A stretch of 64,000 bases of DNA, taken from assembly GCA_016717725.1 (NCBI GenBank), contig JADKFA010000002.1, positions 78,226 through 142,225 of the forward strand, given 5' to 3'. Positions 63,390 to 64,000 of the stretch are shown here, piece after piece; position 1 is the first letter of the stretch; the number at the start of each line of letters is the position of its first letter. The DNA comes from Bacteroidota bacterium. GTDB taxonomy: Bacteria; Bacteroidota; Bacteroidia; AKYH767-A; OLB10. Made by a program: the position numbers and the translations under genes. A model generated the notes under the pieces. It made no database searches. It was not told the origin of the DNA and was given only the letters and a program-made list of their open reading frames with translations.

Positions 63390-64000
63390 TTCCCCTCCAT
63401 GATATTACTTCTCGATAACTACGATTCATTCACCTATAATCTACAGCAGTATCTTGCCGAACTGACCGAAGAAGAGATTACGGTTTGTAGGAATGATGAA
63501 ATTTCTTTGGAAGAAGTAAGTCGCTTCGACCGAATTGTTTTGTCGCCAGGACCTGGGTTACCTGAAGAAGCAGGAATTTTAATTCCATTGATAAAGATGT
63601 ATGCACCTTCAAAGCCCATATTAGGTGTTTGTTTAGGACATCAAGCCATCGCTTTGGCTTTTGGAGGAAGACTAAAACCATTACAAAATGTATTACATGG
63701 AATTCCAAGGGAAGTGAATGTTTTGGTAAAGGAAAATCCACTTTTTACTTCTATACCCAATAGTTTTATTGCAGGTCGATACCATAGTTGGGTACCTGAT
63801 GAGAAGAATTGGAGCAAAGAACTGGAAGTGTTAGCAGTGGATAATGATCAAAACATTATGATTTTAAAGCATTCTATTTTTCCAGTTTACGGAATGCAGT
63901 TTCATCCTGAATCTATTTTAACACCTTTTGGAAAGATTTTAATTAAAAATTGGTTGGCTATTACTCAATTAAAACTGAGGATAATAAGGGGGGGGTCTCT
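63390..64000 (+). CDS. anthranilate/aminodeoxychorismate synthase glutamine-amidotransferase component (TrpG/PabA), apparently 3'-partial
   Basis: MILLLDNYDSFTYNL. Catalytic GVCLGHQAI and GMQFHPES. No stop before the window end. The final G8 run plus TCTCT may be an artefact. Confidence 0.75.

Noticed and set aside
63985-64000. G8 run and TCTCT at the extreme window end
   Set aside because: Likely a contig-end or adapter artefact. It is not interpreted biologically.
1-64000. rRNA, tRNA, tmRNA or RNase P genes
   Set aside because: Intergenic regions were inspected for cloverleaf-like GC-rich 70-90-nt segments and none was found. All longer intergenic gaps are AT-rich promoter or repeat sequence.

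Overview
This 64-kb window looks like a Bacteroidota chromosome segment, probably Flavobacteriia- or Cytophagia-like. Several secreted proteins carry type IX secretion (T9SS) C-terminal sorting domains of both type A and type B. An exosortase F (XrtF) locus, a DUF4199 membrane protein, and a TAnnTTTG-type -7 promoter element are also present. About 45 protein-coding genes are densely packed. Most are housekeeping genes: pckA, rsmE, lpxK, dnaK, ychF, yebC, ornithine aminotransferase, rlmD, lpdA, ridA, and a partial trpG/pabA. The rest are TonB-dependent or outer-membrane receptors and very large T9SS cargo proteins. No rRNA, tRNA, CRISPR array, transposase or integrase was recognised. Three things stand out. 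(1) An apparent exosortase F operon at 33.1-37.7 kb. It encodes a tiny sorting-signal-only peptide, XrtF, an XrtF-associated membrane protein, a polyprenol-phosphate glycosyltransferase (GT2), a SAM methyltransferase and an ArnT/PMT-like polytopic membrane protein. A polyisoprenyl-phosphate sugar transferase gene sits convergent to it. (2) Several families of short intergenic repeats sit at gene boundaries. These are heptanucleotide tandem arrays (AGTATCG/AGTATCC, TGTGAAT, AATTCTT, CATCCAA, ATTCGT), an 8-mer array (CCACCAAT), a 26-bp hairpin element (AATCGCGAAGCCTCGCGACTAAAATC) and an 18-bp perfect palindrome (TCCCGATAGCTATCGGGA). (3) At least eleven conserved genes, including dnaK and ychF, are broken by frameshifts or in-frame stops, several of them in homopolymer runs. 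This points to indel sequencing errors rather than true pseudogenes. All coordinates and calls come from reading the supplied sequence and ORF track. No database search was run.
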